Notes under the pieces: model-generated | Database searches by the model: none | Told to the model about the DNA's origin: nothing | The model's input: the letters and a program-made list of their open reading frames with translations, nothing else | In this document: piece by piece, positions 44,542 through 58,188 of the stretch | Numbering within the stretch: position 1 is the stretch's first letter | Layout: the number at the start of each line of letters is the position of its first letter | Made by a program: the position numbers and the translations under genes | Assembly (NCBI GenBank): GCA_030141605.1 | Contig: JAQGDQ010000127.1 | Location: 1-64,000, forward strand | Direction: 5' to 3' | Length of the DNA: 64,000 bases | Origin: Tubiluchus corallicola | Lineage: Eukaryota; Animalia; Priapulida

Positions 44542-44588
44542 GCAATCTCACAGGTAGAAGCAGTCATATTTGGCATGCAATCTCACAG
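44519..44588. repeat. Perfect 35-bp tandem duplication spanning the QTRT1 start codon
   Basis: GTAGAAGCAGTCATATTTGGCATGCAATCTCACAG at 44519-44553 and 44554-44588. Confidence 0.95.
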
Positions 44589-46799
44589 ACTGTTGGTTTG
44601 TTTAACCTGTTTGTGCTTTAAAAAAATTCATATTTTTAAAAATGAAAATATTGCAAATTGAGAAAATTAATGCTGGTATTTGTACCATTGTATTGCATTA
44701 TATTGTACAGTTTACAACTAAGTTCTTCATATTACATCTATGTTTGCTCCTCACTTTTGCAAACACATTAGTAGTACACAAAATTGTAATTCATGCTCCA
44801 CAAGATTTTTTTAAAGCAAATAACAATGGTAAGAACACAGTTTTTCAAGTTGGCATGGAAATCATTATCTTATGTTTTCACAAAACAACCTTGTTAGGTA
44901 CTCTAAAAACATCACATCAGATGCTGATGATCATTGGTAATACAGCTCCAAATTCATGCCATCTTTGATTTCATCTGATTAATATGTCAAGGAAAATTAT
45001 AATGCTACAACATGAAGATATTCTGATTAATACTACTGGAGACTGCATAATTGGTGCCCTTAGACAAATTCCAAAGAACAGATTTGTTCCTATGTCCTAA
45101 CAGTTAAAGTAGTAACAACACTAGGTATTTTTAATGTGGTAAGTTGCTAAATTCAATATGTTTTTGGAGAGAACAATTTACGCAAAAACCCACTGCATTT
45201 TCTCTGCTATCCCGGACAAGGCAGAAACGTTACCAATACAGTGCACACATTCTAGCTGGCCTATGAATACGGATGTAAAACAATCTGAAAAATAATCGAC
45301 AAATACAGTACAGCAATCACCATTTAAAAACGAGCACGGAACCAGTAAAAAGCTATCTTAATAAATGGTTCTAATATGCGGCACCTGTGGCAGGTATGTC
45401 CATTTGACAAAATACAGCACATTGCTAAACCTTTCACCACTGTAGTTAACAATATATCGATTACGTAGTTTTACTACTCTTTTATATAACCTACGTATAC
45501 GTACAAGCGCATGCTTTTAGTTAAACTTGCTTTGCTTTATGTTTAGTAATACATTTTGTTTTCGCATAATTACAAAGGTTAAAATGCATTCTGCTCATCT
45601 AATTTACCCAGCAACTCTAATTTGTTTTGAGCATCCAACCCATGCGCTTTCATTTACAAGACAGTTTTACAAGATAGGAAAATCTCTACTTAACTTTACA
45701 ACATACAGGCACATATAGACAATTTACCAAACAGGTGACACAACCAGTGGCAGCCAGGTTGCTTGGACAAAAATGCATGCTTAGAGAATGGCTTACATAC
45801 AATATCAAACTCAATTAATAGCCTGAAATGCATTCTAGCAGTAGCTGATAACACACGACTACTGAAAAATGCAGAATAGTTATTACAAAATGATCGGGTT
45901 TATTGAAAGAGGTGGCACCGAGAAATGAATGCACAAACATATGACTTCTTCGAAATTTGTCAGGTTTGGTCCCTGAATATCCGAATTAAGCGAAATTAAC
46001 TGTATTCAAAATTATTGTGGGGTGCTGTACAATCAGAAATGAAGTTTTAAGAAAAAAAGTTAAACTGGATTTTCTACTGGCAGTATACGTCAATTTGAAA
46101 GATGTAAAAAATTAAATTTCCATAGAGAAACGTTAACATGGTCTTTTATGGAGACTAATAATTAGTGATTCATGCTGAAGTAAGCATTTTGTTTTTTTTA
46201 ATGTCTTGCGGTTTCTGTCCACCTGCGAACAGTAGTTTATTTCTACATTACACTGTCTTTTTTAATAAATATTATTCATACAAGCGGATCTTTGTGGTTT
46301 GAGAGACAGACAGAGGTGAGACTGTTCTCCAACTTTGTCACGCAGAAATCATGACAGAATTTTTCCTTCATGCAAGAATTCTCCTGAAATGTAATACACA
46401 TATATATATATAACGAAAAAACCTTTAAAGGGTAAAATCAGTGAATTTTCAGAGTTCACATCAGTTCAGTAAACTTGCTTTCAAAAACTGTTGTCCACAT
46501 GTAATTTCACCATATGGAAAGTTCTCTATTAAGTAATTCTATGTAAAACATGAAAGTCCTCGTAAAGACTACTAAATGTAATCATTTTAATTGTTGGTTG
46601 TGTATTGAGAATATTAAAACAAGTTCTTTTGGTATGTTTATATTTGATGAGCAGAAAACTAATAGTGTACATCAATCAATTAATTCTTTAATTTTAATTA
46701 TTTTCTGAGCTTTTAACCCTTGTCGGGATGCTATGATAGTTTCTCAATCAGAGGCATGAACCATTTAAATTCCATCTTTCCCCTCAGGTATAATTACAC

Positions 46800-46960
46800 T
46801 TGATGTTGTAGTCCTCGAGTCACAATTCACTTTAGACTCGGACACCACTTGAACTGGTGAGTTACTAACTCGAGATTTGACACAGAATTGTAACAAACGA
46901 CTCACGACTGGACTTGGACTCAAAATGACAAAACGTTCTGACTAGACTAGTAACTCGAAC
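46800..46960. mobile_element. Possible DNA-transposon terminal remnant rich in GACTC/GACTTG units
   Basis: TGTTGTAGTCCTCGAGTC...GACTCACGACTGGACTTGGACTC. A similar CTTGACTCGAAC motif occurs near 48670. Confidence 0.35.
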
Positions 46961-47743
46961 TGCACAGACAGCAAAACAAACAGAAATGGGCAATGGACAA
47001 GGCTAACAGATTTCAATTATATTTCGACAGAAAGAGTATCCTAGATGTTATATACTGAAAATAGGAATATAGCAGCACATCTAGTTGGCAGAATACGTAA
47101 TATGAAAGGATACAATCTTCTAGCGTGATGTGATCCTTGAAAATAGTATACCTACAAAAAGCAAAGTAAAAAAAAAATCACAATTAATATTTGTAATACT
47201 AATTATAGAATAAATCAAACATGTAATGTGATATAATTTTTTAAAAAAAGCCTGCAAACAAAAAGATAATAATTCCATACTAGCAAGTATATCATAGAAT
47301 AAATATGGATGATTTTTCACAAAATTATTTTATTGTTGGAAAACTATACATGCCCATAAATTATAGCAAACTAGCTGCCCCAATTTTTCACAAAACAACA
47401 CACGATATAATTCTAAATAATGTGTGTACTGAACTGTACTCAGAATAATAAATCAGTTAAAATTTCAAAAAAGTATTACGAAAATTACATTTTATAAAAG
47501 TGTGTATAGGAAAGGCATATTATAATTGAAAACAAACCATTTTTTTAATACTATTTTGTCCCATCTTGTACCAGTTTGAGCAGCTACAAGTTTCTTTAAG
47601 TCACCAATTGTATCATCACTGCTGAATGTGTGTTAAAGAAATGCAACATTTCTTGCTTTCAAAATAATACATAACACACTCGGCTAAGATGTGCAATAGA
47701 GCATAAGTATTAGTGAAGGTATTAGTAAAACTTAATTCACTAA

Positions 47744-48015
47744 ATCTGGAGATTTTCTAAATACAGTTAAAAGCTTACATTTGCCAGAGTAATACACACA
47801 TCGCATATATTAATTCTACTGGTATGGGCTTAATATATTTATAATATATATATATATATATATATAATATATATATAAATATATATTAAATATTATTATA
47901 TTTATAATATACTTATTATATATATATAAGCCCATACCAGTAGAATTAATATATACGATGTGTGTATTACTCTGGCAAATGTAAGCTTTTAACTGTATTT
48001 AGAAAATCTCCAGAT
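47744..48015. repeat. Inverted repeat: 89-bp arms around a 94-bp almost pure A/T spacer
   Basis: Arms 47744-47832 and 47927-48015 are reverse complements with one mismatch. Confidence 0.95.
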
Positions 48016-48534
48016 ATATATAAGATTCGAGGCTGCAGCTCGGACGACGGGACCATTAGCGGCGATCTATATATCAAACGAAAGGTCTTGATCTAGTGTC
48101 GTGCCATTGGGGGTTTATTTTTTGAATCGGGCCCACCGGGACGAAAAACCTCCAAAAATGGCCATTTTTCGGCCGTGTTTTGCAAAAGTTATACGCCTGA
48201 GATCTGGAGAACGGGAACGGGTCGGGGGTGGTGCTAGCTATGGATAGATAGCCCGTTCAGTGGTGGGTGTCATAGGCGCATTTAGAATTTGCGAGAGGAC
48301 CACGGCGTCCCGTAACGGGCGTTTTCCCGGACCCAACTCCGGATTTTTTCGAAATTTTGACCAAACAGCCTGCAGAAAAAACCTTCAAGCGGCGCCTGGT
48401 GGGACTCTCGGAAGGAGATATATAGCTCTTTACAAAGAGGAAGAACAGGGCTACCTGAGGACTATGTAGGATGTTCGCGTATTGTCGATTATAAGTGTAT
48501 TTATAAGCAAAATTTTTTGCGGGGCGTTTGCTAG
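48014..48534 (+). mobile_element. Non-autonomous Helitron-like element
   Basis: GC-rich block starting in (TA)n and ending GCAAAATTTTTTGC (hairpin) GGGGCGTTTG-CTAG followed by T. No TIR or TSD. The 5' boundary is uncertain. Confidence 0.65.
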
Positions 48535-50049
48535 TCAATATATGAATGTAAATAGCTTTTGTGGATAACTTAATCACAGACATCGTGAAATACAACTTTA
48601 AAAAATTACAATATTTAAAGCACCTCAGAAGAACCAGTTACTGGCACTTAAGCAAAAAGGATACTTGCACTTGACTCGAACTTTCTTTCCAAGTCTGTCG
48701 TTGCAAGTTATCTCGATCATTTTACCAGTCCTATGGTCTGTTTTGCAATATAATATTACTTTAATCAACACTTAATCAGCAGCTAAAATAGAAACAGTTT
48801 CCCAGTTGATAATCTTCATTTAGTGTTCTCTGAAACATAAATAAATTTAGTATCAATTTGTGGAAAACTTCATCAACATACAAAGAAAGAATTAAATAAG
48901 CAGGTTTAGGCACCTCCCTCAAAGAACTGTCGTCAGAGTAGTATGTAACAGCAGAATATTGGACATTGACGTTTTTATCATGGAACATATACTGTAAAAG
49001 TTAATCAAATAAAATTACACGGCTTTGTTGAAATAAGTACAACATCATCGCCCAGGGAGCAAGGGGAGGGAGCAGTTCACCTTAGGTGGCACTTTTGGCA
49101 AGTGCACTGAAAAAGTTGGTTCTGCTGGAACAGCAGAAAGGCCATGCATGTGCACTGCAATAATATTCATAACGGAATACTGTAGTATCTACATTCAGAT
49201 TCAGAATCTTGTAGTTTACCAGTACTTGCTATATTTTATTGCTATGTGATTTACAGTACCGCTTACAAAAAAGATCAAGACTGATTATACATAGCTTCAA
49301 GTTAGCATTGCGGGTCGATGACATTATACAATTATGCACCTGCCCCTATCTGTGCCAGTTCTATGAAAAGATTTAAAGTGCAAACAAACAGAAAATTCTT
49401 TTAATGCAAAACAGTTGCGCAACTAAAAGTTTGAACCCAGATTGTTATTAATATAAAATGGGGTTTACCCAGCATCCGGATGCATATGCGCTTTCCACTT
49501 GCAGAACAGCAAACAGAATAGCCTGTGGAAAAAATCAATAGGAATTAGCTGCAGAAAAAAGAATAATGCATACTCAGGCTGCATTGCAAGGAATATAAAC
49601 TGATTTAGTCTATTCTGCTCCCTCAAAACGCAAACGCATCCGGATATGCTACGTAACGCCACTTTATATGTGAATCTAACTTCAACTGATTTAATCAATT
49701 ATAAAGGTTATAGCATGTAAAGAAATCACAAAGTGTAGTTTTTGCATAATTATTATTGATCACGGTGCATGCGCATCTCACATCACCTAACCTTTTCGCG
49801 TAACTTGGCCATTCAAATTCAACTCACTATTTTACTCAGTACTCAACTCATTCAAGCTAATCACAACTAAATTCCTCATTCTTAATTTAACATTCTATTA
49901 TATTCTAAACAGCGGGCAAAAAAGCTTCTTTCTTAACAAAATAGCATTTAAAAGCTGTGTTGAGCAATATATGCAGAGAACAAAATTTATTTTTACCATA
50001 CAGGCATACTCGTTCAACTTTTTTTGGGATCACATCCAGTCTCTTGCGA

Positions 50050-50597
50050 GCGGAGTAGGACACTAGCCGAAGTAGGACAGTTGGCGTACATGGGCTAGCC
50101 CAAGTAAAACGCGTCGTACATGGGCTACCCAAAAAGGACACAATAGACTGGTCACGAATTGAGTCATTAACCATACTGGCAGCGCCGTTGTCCTTGTATA
50201 TTTAATAATAATATTTGAATACATCAATACACGTTGAGTAATTTATTATACATCTGATAAAACAAAAGAATCTTATTACGAGCTAGTAGAATGGCCAATA
50301 TTAAATTTGGCTACGATATTAATCTCTTTGGTGTGAAATAAGCCCGCTTTTTAGGCGATTCTAACATTTGCTTAACAAGGTATTATAATTTTTTATTTTG
50401 TCTCGTTTCACTACCTCTTGGGCAAATAATTGTTTTCTTCCCCGAGCTGTGCGCCCTGCATAATTTCTCCCTTTAAAGCATTAGATACTAAGTTTAATGT
50501 TATGATGATATTAATGGAGTTAATAAATACAATATTAGCTCCGCTTTAGCGGAAGTGTCCTACTTCGGCTAGTGCCGTATTCTGCGCCCTACACTGT
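50050..50597. mobile_element. MITE with ~30-bp TIR-like ends
   Basis: GCGGAGTAGGACACTAGCCGAAGTAGGACA versus TGTCCTACTTCGGCTAGTGCCGTATTCTGC. Confidence 0.7.
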
Positions 50598-53015
50598 TCA
50601 CCTACGAATAAATTTTATTTAGTCACACTTTATTTTCGGAGAAGCTCAAAATAGGTTCAAGCAAGGAAATCGGCAGCAACAATGAACTGACTTATTCAAA
50701 GTCATCCACAATAATAAAAATAGCGAAATTGACATGAACAATGCATAATTACACAATAATTACGATTATAAAGGTTATAGTGTGTAAAGAAATCACTAAG
50801 TGTAGTGTTTGCATAATTATTATGGACCATAGTGGTTAGCATGCCAACTTAACTCAGCAATGCGCATCGTAATTTAAACAAGGCTGATTAGCTCAACTCA
50901 AATGAGTTCAACTCCATTAAACCATTTTCAAGTCTCATCAACATTCTGAATTTTAACCATCATAAGGAGTGTACTAACAGTAACTGTTGAATGTACCGCT
51001 TGAGATAAAGGTTAACAGTTTAACCCCCAATTCAACCCCGCCCTTGAACAATTAACATGCAGACCTCAAATCTAATGGAAATGCTTGGAATTTGGAAGGT
51101 ATTGACTCAGTACACAGTACTGGTTCAAGCAAAAATGAACACTATTCTACAGGCGAATAATGCATTTTTATACAAAAATTTAAGTGGGGTCATGAAAAAT
51201 CAAGTTCGGTCACTTTTACAACGCTTTCATGTGCATACCTTTTCAAAAAGGTAGAGCATACTAAAGCAAAGCAATAATAATATAACTTTCGCCGATTTGC
51301 ACAAACCTTGAATATTATTTTAATTAAGCCATTAAATTTTACCAGGTTACGTGGAATCGAGGAGTCAAATTTCATAAAAGCCCCACGGAATCAGTTAAAG
51401 TTGTAAAATTCTTGCGTAAACATACTTTAACGCAGTCACGCCCTAAACACCGTATATATATATACAACTAGCAACGTACGGCAATAGAAAAAGTTCACAG
51501 TACAGTAGAAACTAGACTGTATTACATAGAAGTTTGCTGATGTGATAATTATTGGTTACGCCTCTTTGATAATGGGTACGGCCCACCACTTAACCGCATT
51601 ATACTTAGGCCTATAGGTGCATGGTCGAAATAATCCAGCAGCAATACCTGATGGCTGCATCACAACTGTTAGATTTAGTGTCAGCTTCGCGATCAAGTTC
51701 TTGCACTCGTGAAGTTTCTTAATAATTAAACGGTGAATAGTTCTGGAAGCTGCCATTATCGGCAATATACGTTTAGTTGAAATGTGAAATTGAAACTGTT
51801 GTGATTATTGTGTAATAGACATGATGTTATTAATTCATTATATCGTTGTTTTGTTAGACGTACAACTAGTGGTGATTATACACTAAACTAAATTATAGGC
51901 TAAGCTGACAGTATACTGAAGTGTTAAGATCAGGTTTTAATTAAACTTCACTGTTGTTCTCTTTGCTTTTGTTTACTTACATTGGTAAGGGTCTAACAAA
52001 TAATAAAATTCATTTTTTTGTTCTTATAATACTCTCATTGTTATGAATCAATGATTGCTGCTTTTTATTGCATGTTATGCATTATGTAATGGCTATGCAC
52101 ATTTTTGCATACCCAAACTGAACAAAGTGAATGTCTTCTAAGAACTGTTGATAAATTCCGCTTTGGCTAGCCTACATATTACTACTGTATAATCAAGTAA
52201 TTGTAAATCAAAATTTAGTATGGCAAGGTTAGTTTAATTTTCTTCGTTACAAAATTATAAAAAATTGTTGCAAGCCATAGGCCTGGTAAAATGTAGCAGG
52301 TTATTAGTAGCCAGCTAAACCATTCGAACGGGCAATCTGCATTTACCCTGTGGATCCAGATATGTTTATATCTGCTAACGTGTTTGGGTCTATGGGTTGT
52401 CTGTATTTTGCCAAGTACCGGCGTATACTATTATGATTTTAGCTGATGTGAGTAAGATGAATATTGTATTGTTATAGTTATTATTACATGTAGTAGTTAG
52501 TACTAATCAAATTTCATGATACTTTTATAAAATACAAAATTGTTTTCTTTGTAAGTTTGCTCCTTTCAAGCTAAATTAATGGCCATAAAGCCCACTAAGT
52601 ACATCACATTTTCAAAAACTGCTAGATTTGCATATTGATAGCACAGAGCCCTGTTCATTCTGTGGTGGAAATAGTTTGATCAAATACTCACAAAGCGAAA
52701 CGCAAGCTGCATTAGCGAAGTATACAAAGTATGCGATGGTTTGATTTACGTGTGTCATATAATAAATAAATAAGTAGCTGCTTAAAATAAATGAACGAAT
52801 AAATGAATAAATAAATAAATAAAACGCTTCATGGTTTCTCTGAATCCGCATTACATTTTCGCGTATAATTATTTTAATGAAACAAGTAGCATTTTCCAAG
52901 GCATGTATTATATAACACAAATACGATAGTCTGCAAACTATAATCCCTTTGTTCGAAATACTATAAATCAAGCCTGCCATAGGCCAATAATTAACACAGA
53001 TTTCTCGAAATAAGG

Positions 53016-53153
<138 letters not shown>

Positions 53154-54567
53154 TCCATCATTAAATTTTAAAGTTCATACTTCGTGACGTTTCGTCTAAC
53201 ACATGACTAGGGAAAGACCACTTAATTTTTCCGCAGTGTTCTGTTCTTGTATTCAGAAAAAAGTAATTATTCCATTTTGGCTTCTTACATGTAGAAGTGG
53301 TGCCTCCTATAATCTGTCTTAAATAAACATTCTTCCGAAGTTTGCCTTATACGTCGCATGCCGATCATAATGTAGTCAACACTTGTGCAGTTTTTCAGTG
53401 CTTTAGTGACTGAGTTTGCTATTGTGTAAACACTGTTAATTCTGTGGTCAATGGTCATCATATGCGGTGTAAACGCTGATTGGTTAATTTAGTTCCGTGT
53501 TATGCATTTGCTAATAAAGTACGTGTTAGATGGTGTGCTGTAACGGTTATTTCGTTAGCTTCTCTGTTTACCTACAAGCCACAGTTAAATACTCCGTTGG
53601 CTCATCATTTTGTTTAACCCTCACTTTCGTTGTCCAGAACTGCTTCGTGACACCCCCTGAGTCACCTAGGGCCTCAGTTCGCTGCTATGTTGCTGGAGTA
53701 GGAGAGATGCATACAACAACACTCATAAAAAATGATTTGCTGCTTCCTTTTTGGCACATCAGGAAATATGACACAATTAGTGGTTTGCTAGTGTCAGCTT
53801 TTTTTAAGTCACTGTCCGGTCCACAACTGAGTTACTCAAAAGTGCTGCATATGATTTTGTGAAATAGCAAAAATAAATCGTACCAAAAAATTGCAGCTGC
53901 CAATATTAGCACATTGTGGCTGCTTAATAGTGGGTGTCTTTATTACAAACCTAAAGACCGTTAAATCACGACTTTATAAGACGTCATTCTCATGTTGATA
54001 ACTGACAATAAAAAATCGGTAAGGGGAGGAAAAGCTATTATTTTATAGCGACGGTTTTGCGAATTTTCGAGATCTTCCTATGTAAACCTTTTTGTAAAAC
54101 CGGAATTGTTCATAGACTGACTGACCCTGGCTGGGGGTTTCTAATTTAATTATTTAGCATAGTCATTTAAAGTAATTATTACAAACACTTATTTTTAAAT
54201 TTATTTTTTATATTAAAATGTACTATACTAATTTTCATTTTTATGTTCAGCCTACATAATTATTCACAATCATTAAATTTAAAATGATTAAAGACATGAA
54301 ATGCCCAAATGAAAGAGCTGCAGCAGTCTCTTGAGCAAAGCTCCTGAGACACCCAGCTGAATAACCAGATTGCGTATAGACCACTGCCCAGCTCTGTGCC
54401 CGAGATTTAAGTTACATATTCATTCTAAACAATAATGTAAAATTTGCTCTGAATTTCTTATTGCAAGTCGAAATTCTCCGGAGGCTGCTCTGTTTGTAAA
54501 TAAAACTAAATGAAACGAACCGTAAATCTGATCAAGTGCGCAATTTTTACATGGTAAGATCCCGAAG

Positions 54568-54595
54568 TTCCTCTTTTACACTGGCTTGCGTAGGA
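54568..54595 (+). promoter_or_regulatory. Candidate TCT/5'TOP start and tiny first exon of RPL28
   Basis: TTCCTCTTTTAC polypyrimidine initiator followed ~17 nt later by the donor GTAGGA (54590). This layout is typical of ribosomal protein genes. The acceptor at 58176 precedes the ATG. Confidence 0.45.
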
Positions 54596-57500
54596 ATAGT
54601 GTGGTTTGTTTTTGTCTTTAAAACTTTTTTCTTTTTAATGAAGTTAATGTCATTTGAAATAAATTCTTTGGCTGCACTGGAATATATAGCGCTGAGAGCA
54701 TTGATACTGGTCCAGTCTAAATAATGGACACGTTACGTTGGCTGCCCAAATACTGCAGCAGAAACTAAGTTACATAAAAAAGATCAGACATTTTTATGCA
54801 TATAAAAACTCTATTTATGAAGAGGAGAAATAATGAAATGAAATTCAAACATTTTTATGTGGAAGAACTACCCCGTTAATTAATAATACATGATAATTGG
54901 AAAAATGGTACTGTACCTGCCGATTTTGCAAGCTTTACTCATGTGACTGATCAGCAGTATTAAACAGCGGACAGTAGTAAACGGCGGTTTTTCCAGAAAC
55001 AAGAACAATTTGTAACAGTTTTACGTTATCACCATGGAAATTTCAGCCAATTATTTACTACCACATGTACTGGACTTATTTTCTAAAAGTTTGATAATAA
55101 TAGATTTTAGAAGCTTTTAAATGAAGTACAAAAATTAAACTAGATTTAATCGTTATTGCTGCTAGTATAAATTTGCTAGACAGTTTGGACTGTCAGTTGT
55201 CACATTTATTAAATTTCCTAAATGTTTAGATAGGTTTACTAAAGGAAACAATTCCGTTTACACTTACCTAACTATTAAAACTAGGTGTTTGTTACTATTG
55301 AAAAGGAATTTTAAATAAAAATCTGCCAAATTTACCTGCCACACAGCAAAATTATAAATTAATAGTCAGGTCAGAAAATCACTGCTTTAGCACATATTTA
55401 CTTCCTCTAATTAAATTCCATGTAGCTAATGCATGTATTTATACTTATTATAAAGTAATAGAATGCGATAAACTTCCTAGCTACTTTATTTCATTATGTA
55501 ATTAGTAAAAATATTGCATCAGATATGATAAGTAATTCTTAAATCATTGAACATGTACAATGTACATGCAGGTAAAACAACATAAAATGATGTCGTTCAC
55601 ATTCAAACATCACAACTTATTACGAGCAAAATATAAGCGAGATGTTGGGAGCTGTTTGACGTGCTACTCCATATACCACACTTGCGCTATCGCACATCTA
55701 CGAAATATCTAGAAAACAAGTGTGGTACATAGGTTGCCCAAGTTTCATTATACCTGAAAAAAGTATTTATATGACTAATCAGTATCAGTCCATTAATTAA
55801 TCTGTTCAAAGTTAATCCAGTGATATCGTTATTTTGATCAGTGGTAGCTCTCTTTCAAAACTTGTCATGTTTTTGTCTTGTATTTTATTTTATTTTAATT
55901 ACATGAAACTGTGTACTGTTTAAGTCATTAACTCTTTTGAAACTATTGTTTCTTAATTATTAACAGCTGTTTTCAAGAATGATTGTGGATTTTTATTTAT
56001 ACACTAGGTCATCATAAGTGCTTTTAGCCTGCTGATTTCAATCTTTACATTTTGTAATGTTTAATAGATACATAAGACACAAAAAATGGGTGAGCTTTTT
56101 CATTTCTCATTCATTTCTTTAGAGTGTTGTGGCTTTTGTATGTATTGTATTGGTTGTATCTAACTCAAGAAGGTAGCTAGGCCTATTTTGTTCCGATAGT
56201 ATACTTACTGACCAAATGAAAATTGGGATTAGAATATCTGTGTCTAATTTAAAAGCAGCTGTGTGCAAAACTGCCTTTGAGTAAAAAGCAATTATACATA
56301 TTATGTGCATTTTACAAGCCAAACCATTAATGAATTTATAGGTATATGTGTCATGCGTAAGTTTTCCATGAGTCTGTAAAGGTCAACAAATAGCTTGTAT
56401 AGCCTACAAATGGCAAAAACACTACAAATAACCCATAATTAAGTATAGTATAGAATATAATTACGGGCTAAGCAGCTCAGCAGCATCAATAGGCCATTAC
56501 AAAACCTGATAGAAGATAAATTAAATGGCTTGGTAATTGTAGTACATAATTAATACAGTTGTGTACTACAACTGTGGTATGTATTATAAAAATTAACTAT
56601 ACTTTACTTAGGCAGTAAAATAGTGAGCCACTGTAGAGAAAAAATTCAGAAGTTAAAAATTCCACAGATAGGAGGCATTTCAATGAACTTAGGAGGACCT
56701 AACTAAAAATACTTAGTTATTTCTTGACATCTAATAGACCTATGCTAATTGCATGCAAAAATGATTGAAAAGCAATATATCTTGATAATAGAAAACAAAA
56801 TGTAGCATGATTTTCAAAATGAACAGTTTTCTTTTACAAAAATGTTTTAGTGCTATTGACTGTGTTCAGTTAATACAGGAAAATAGTATAATGAAACTGA
56901 ATAAAAAATTTGTTTTTCATTTGATAGACTGTTTCTTCCAGTGCTCTGTTCTAATACAAATGTACATGTAAGGTTTTAGCGATGAGAAAGATGATACTGA
57001 GTGTCTGTCATAAGTCTGTTTCGTTGGTTTAATAATTAAATTTGTATCACATTTGTTGCATGTGTTTTCATACATGACAGAATGGCACACTAATCAAGGT
57101 TCCTGGCTTCATTGATAGTGAAAGTTCCATGATTATGCTATGTTTACTTATTGTTTAATAGCAACAGCATTGGTGAAATCTAAAAAAATATATGTACTTT
57201 AATTAATTGACTAGTTACAATATTCGGTTTTGAATACAGCCTAATTGGATAGGTATAAATGGTGGCAGTATTATTCAGATACACAAATTTTACAAATGAC
57301 TCTAAAATTATGCATCATTAAGGATTGACAAAAACATATTTTGATTTACCATGATACTATAGCACAGCAACAACACTGCAATACTATATGTAATTAGGTA
57401 TTTTATAAATTTTTGTACATTTTTTTGTTATTTTGGTAGCGTAATTTCTGGTGCATCAGTGTAGACCTCATGGTCTAGGACTAGGCGCTGACCAGCTTTG

Positions 57501-57606
57501 AAATAATTTTTGAAATATGCACGAAATCACTAGATGATTCTGTGACTGCTTTTTATGCTCTTTGTTGACTTTTGTGTGTGTCATGCCATGCCAACTTTGC
57601 TATGTT

Positions 57607-57677
57607 GAGTCAGTGGTTGAAATAGTAGAGCATGTACCATGAAAACCCAGGCTTTGAGTTTAAGTCCTGGTTGACTC
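57607..57677 (+). repeat. tRNA-derived SINE head or tRNA pseudogene
   Basis: A-box-like TGGTTGAAATAGTAGAGC, B-box-like GAGTTTAAGTCC, terminal pairing GAGTCA/TGACTC. Too degenerate for a functional tRNA. Confidence 0.45.
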
Positions 57678-58188
57678 CTTCAGTACCCCTTCAGTTAATT
57701 ACCCATTAAGCTAATTGTTGTTGTTTCTCTTAATGTATATTTTTCTCTTTATGTGTCATACGTTAACAAACTCAACATGCGTACAATAATTAGCCTACAG
57801 TGTGTGTGCGTGCGTCTTTAGTGTTCCAGCTAAGTAACTTCAGTTTAATTAACTTATCATTGACTGAGCACATGTACTGAGCAACGTCTGCTTAACAGCA
57901 ATTTTACAATTAACTAGAATATTCATTATTCTTGAATCGTACACCCTTTTGACAGTTAATGAATGCATGTCAGTCCAACTGTTTTTACTTTTCTTTACCT
58001 TTCACCCAACAGATTTCAAGACGTTAACTTGGGAAATAGAATGTCAGTAGCTACCCCTATGTATCACTAATAAATGGGTTATGTTAAAAAATTAACTATT
58101 TTGAATTACTAACAAACTTAAAGAAGCTCAGATATGAAAAGAGTGCACAGTACCAGTGGTTATGTTTGCTTTTCAGGAATTTGGTAAA

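Noticed and set aside
57607-57677. Functional tRNA gene
   Set aside because: The B box is mutated (GTTTAAG) and there is no coherent anticodon arm, so it is listed only as a tRNA-derived remnant.
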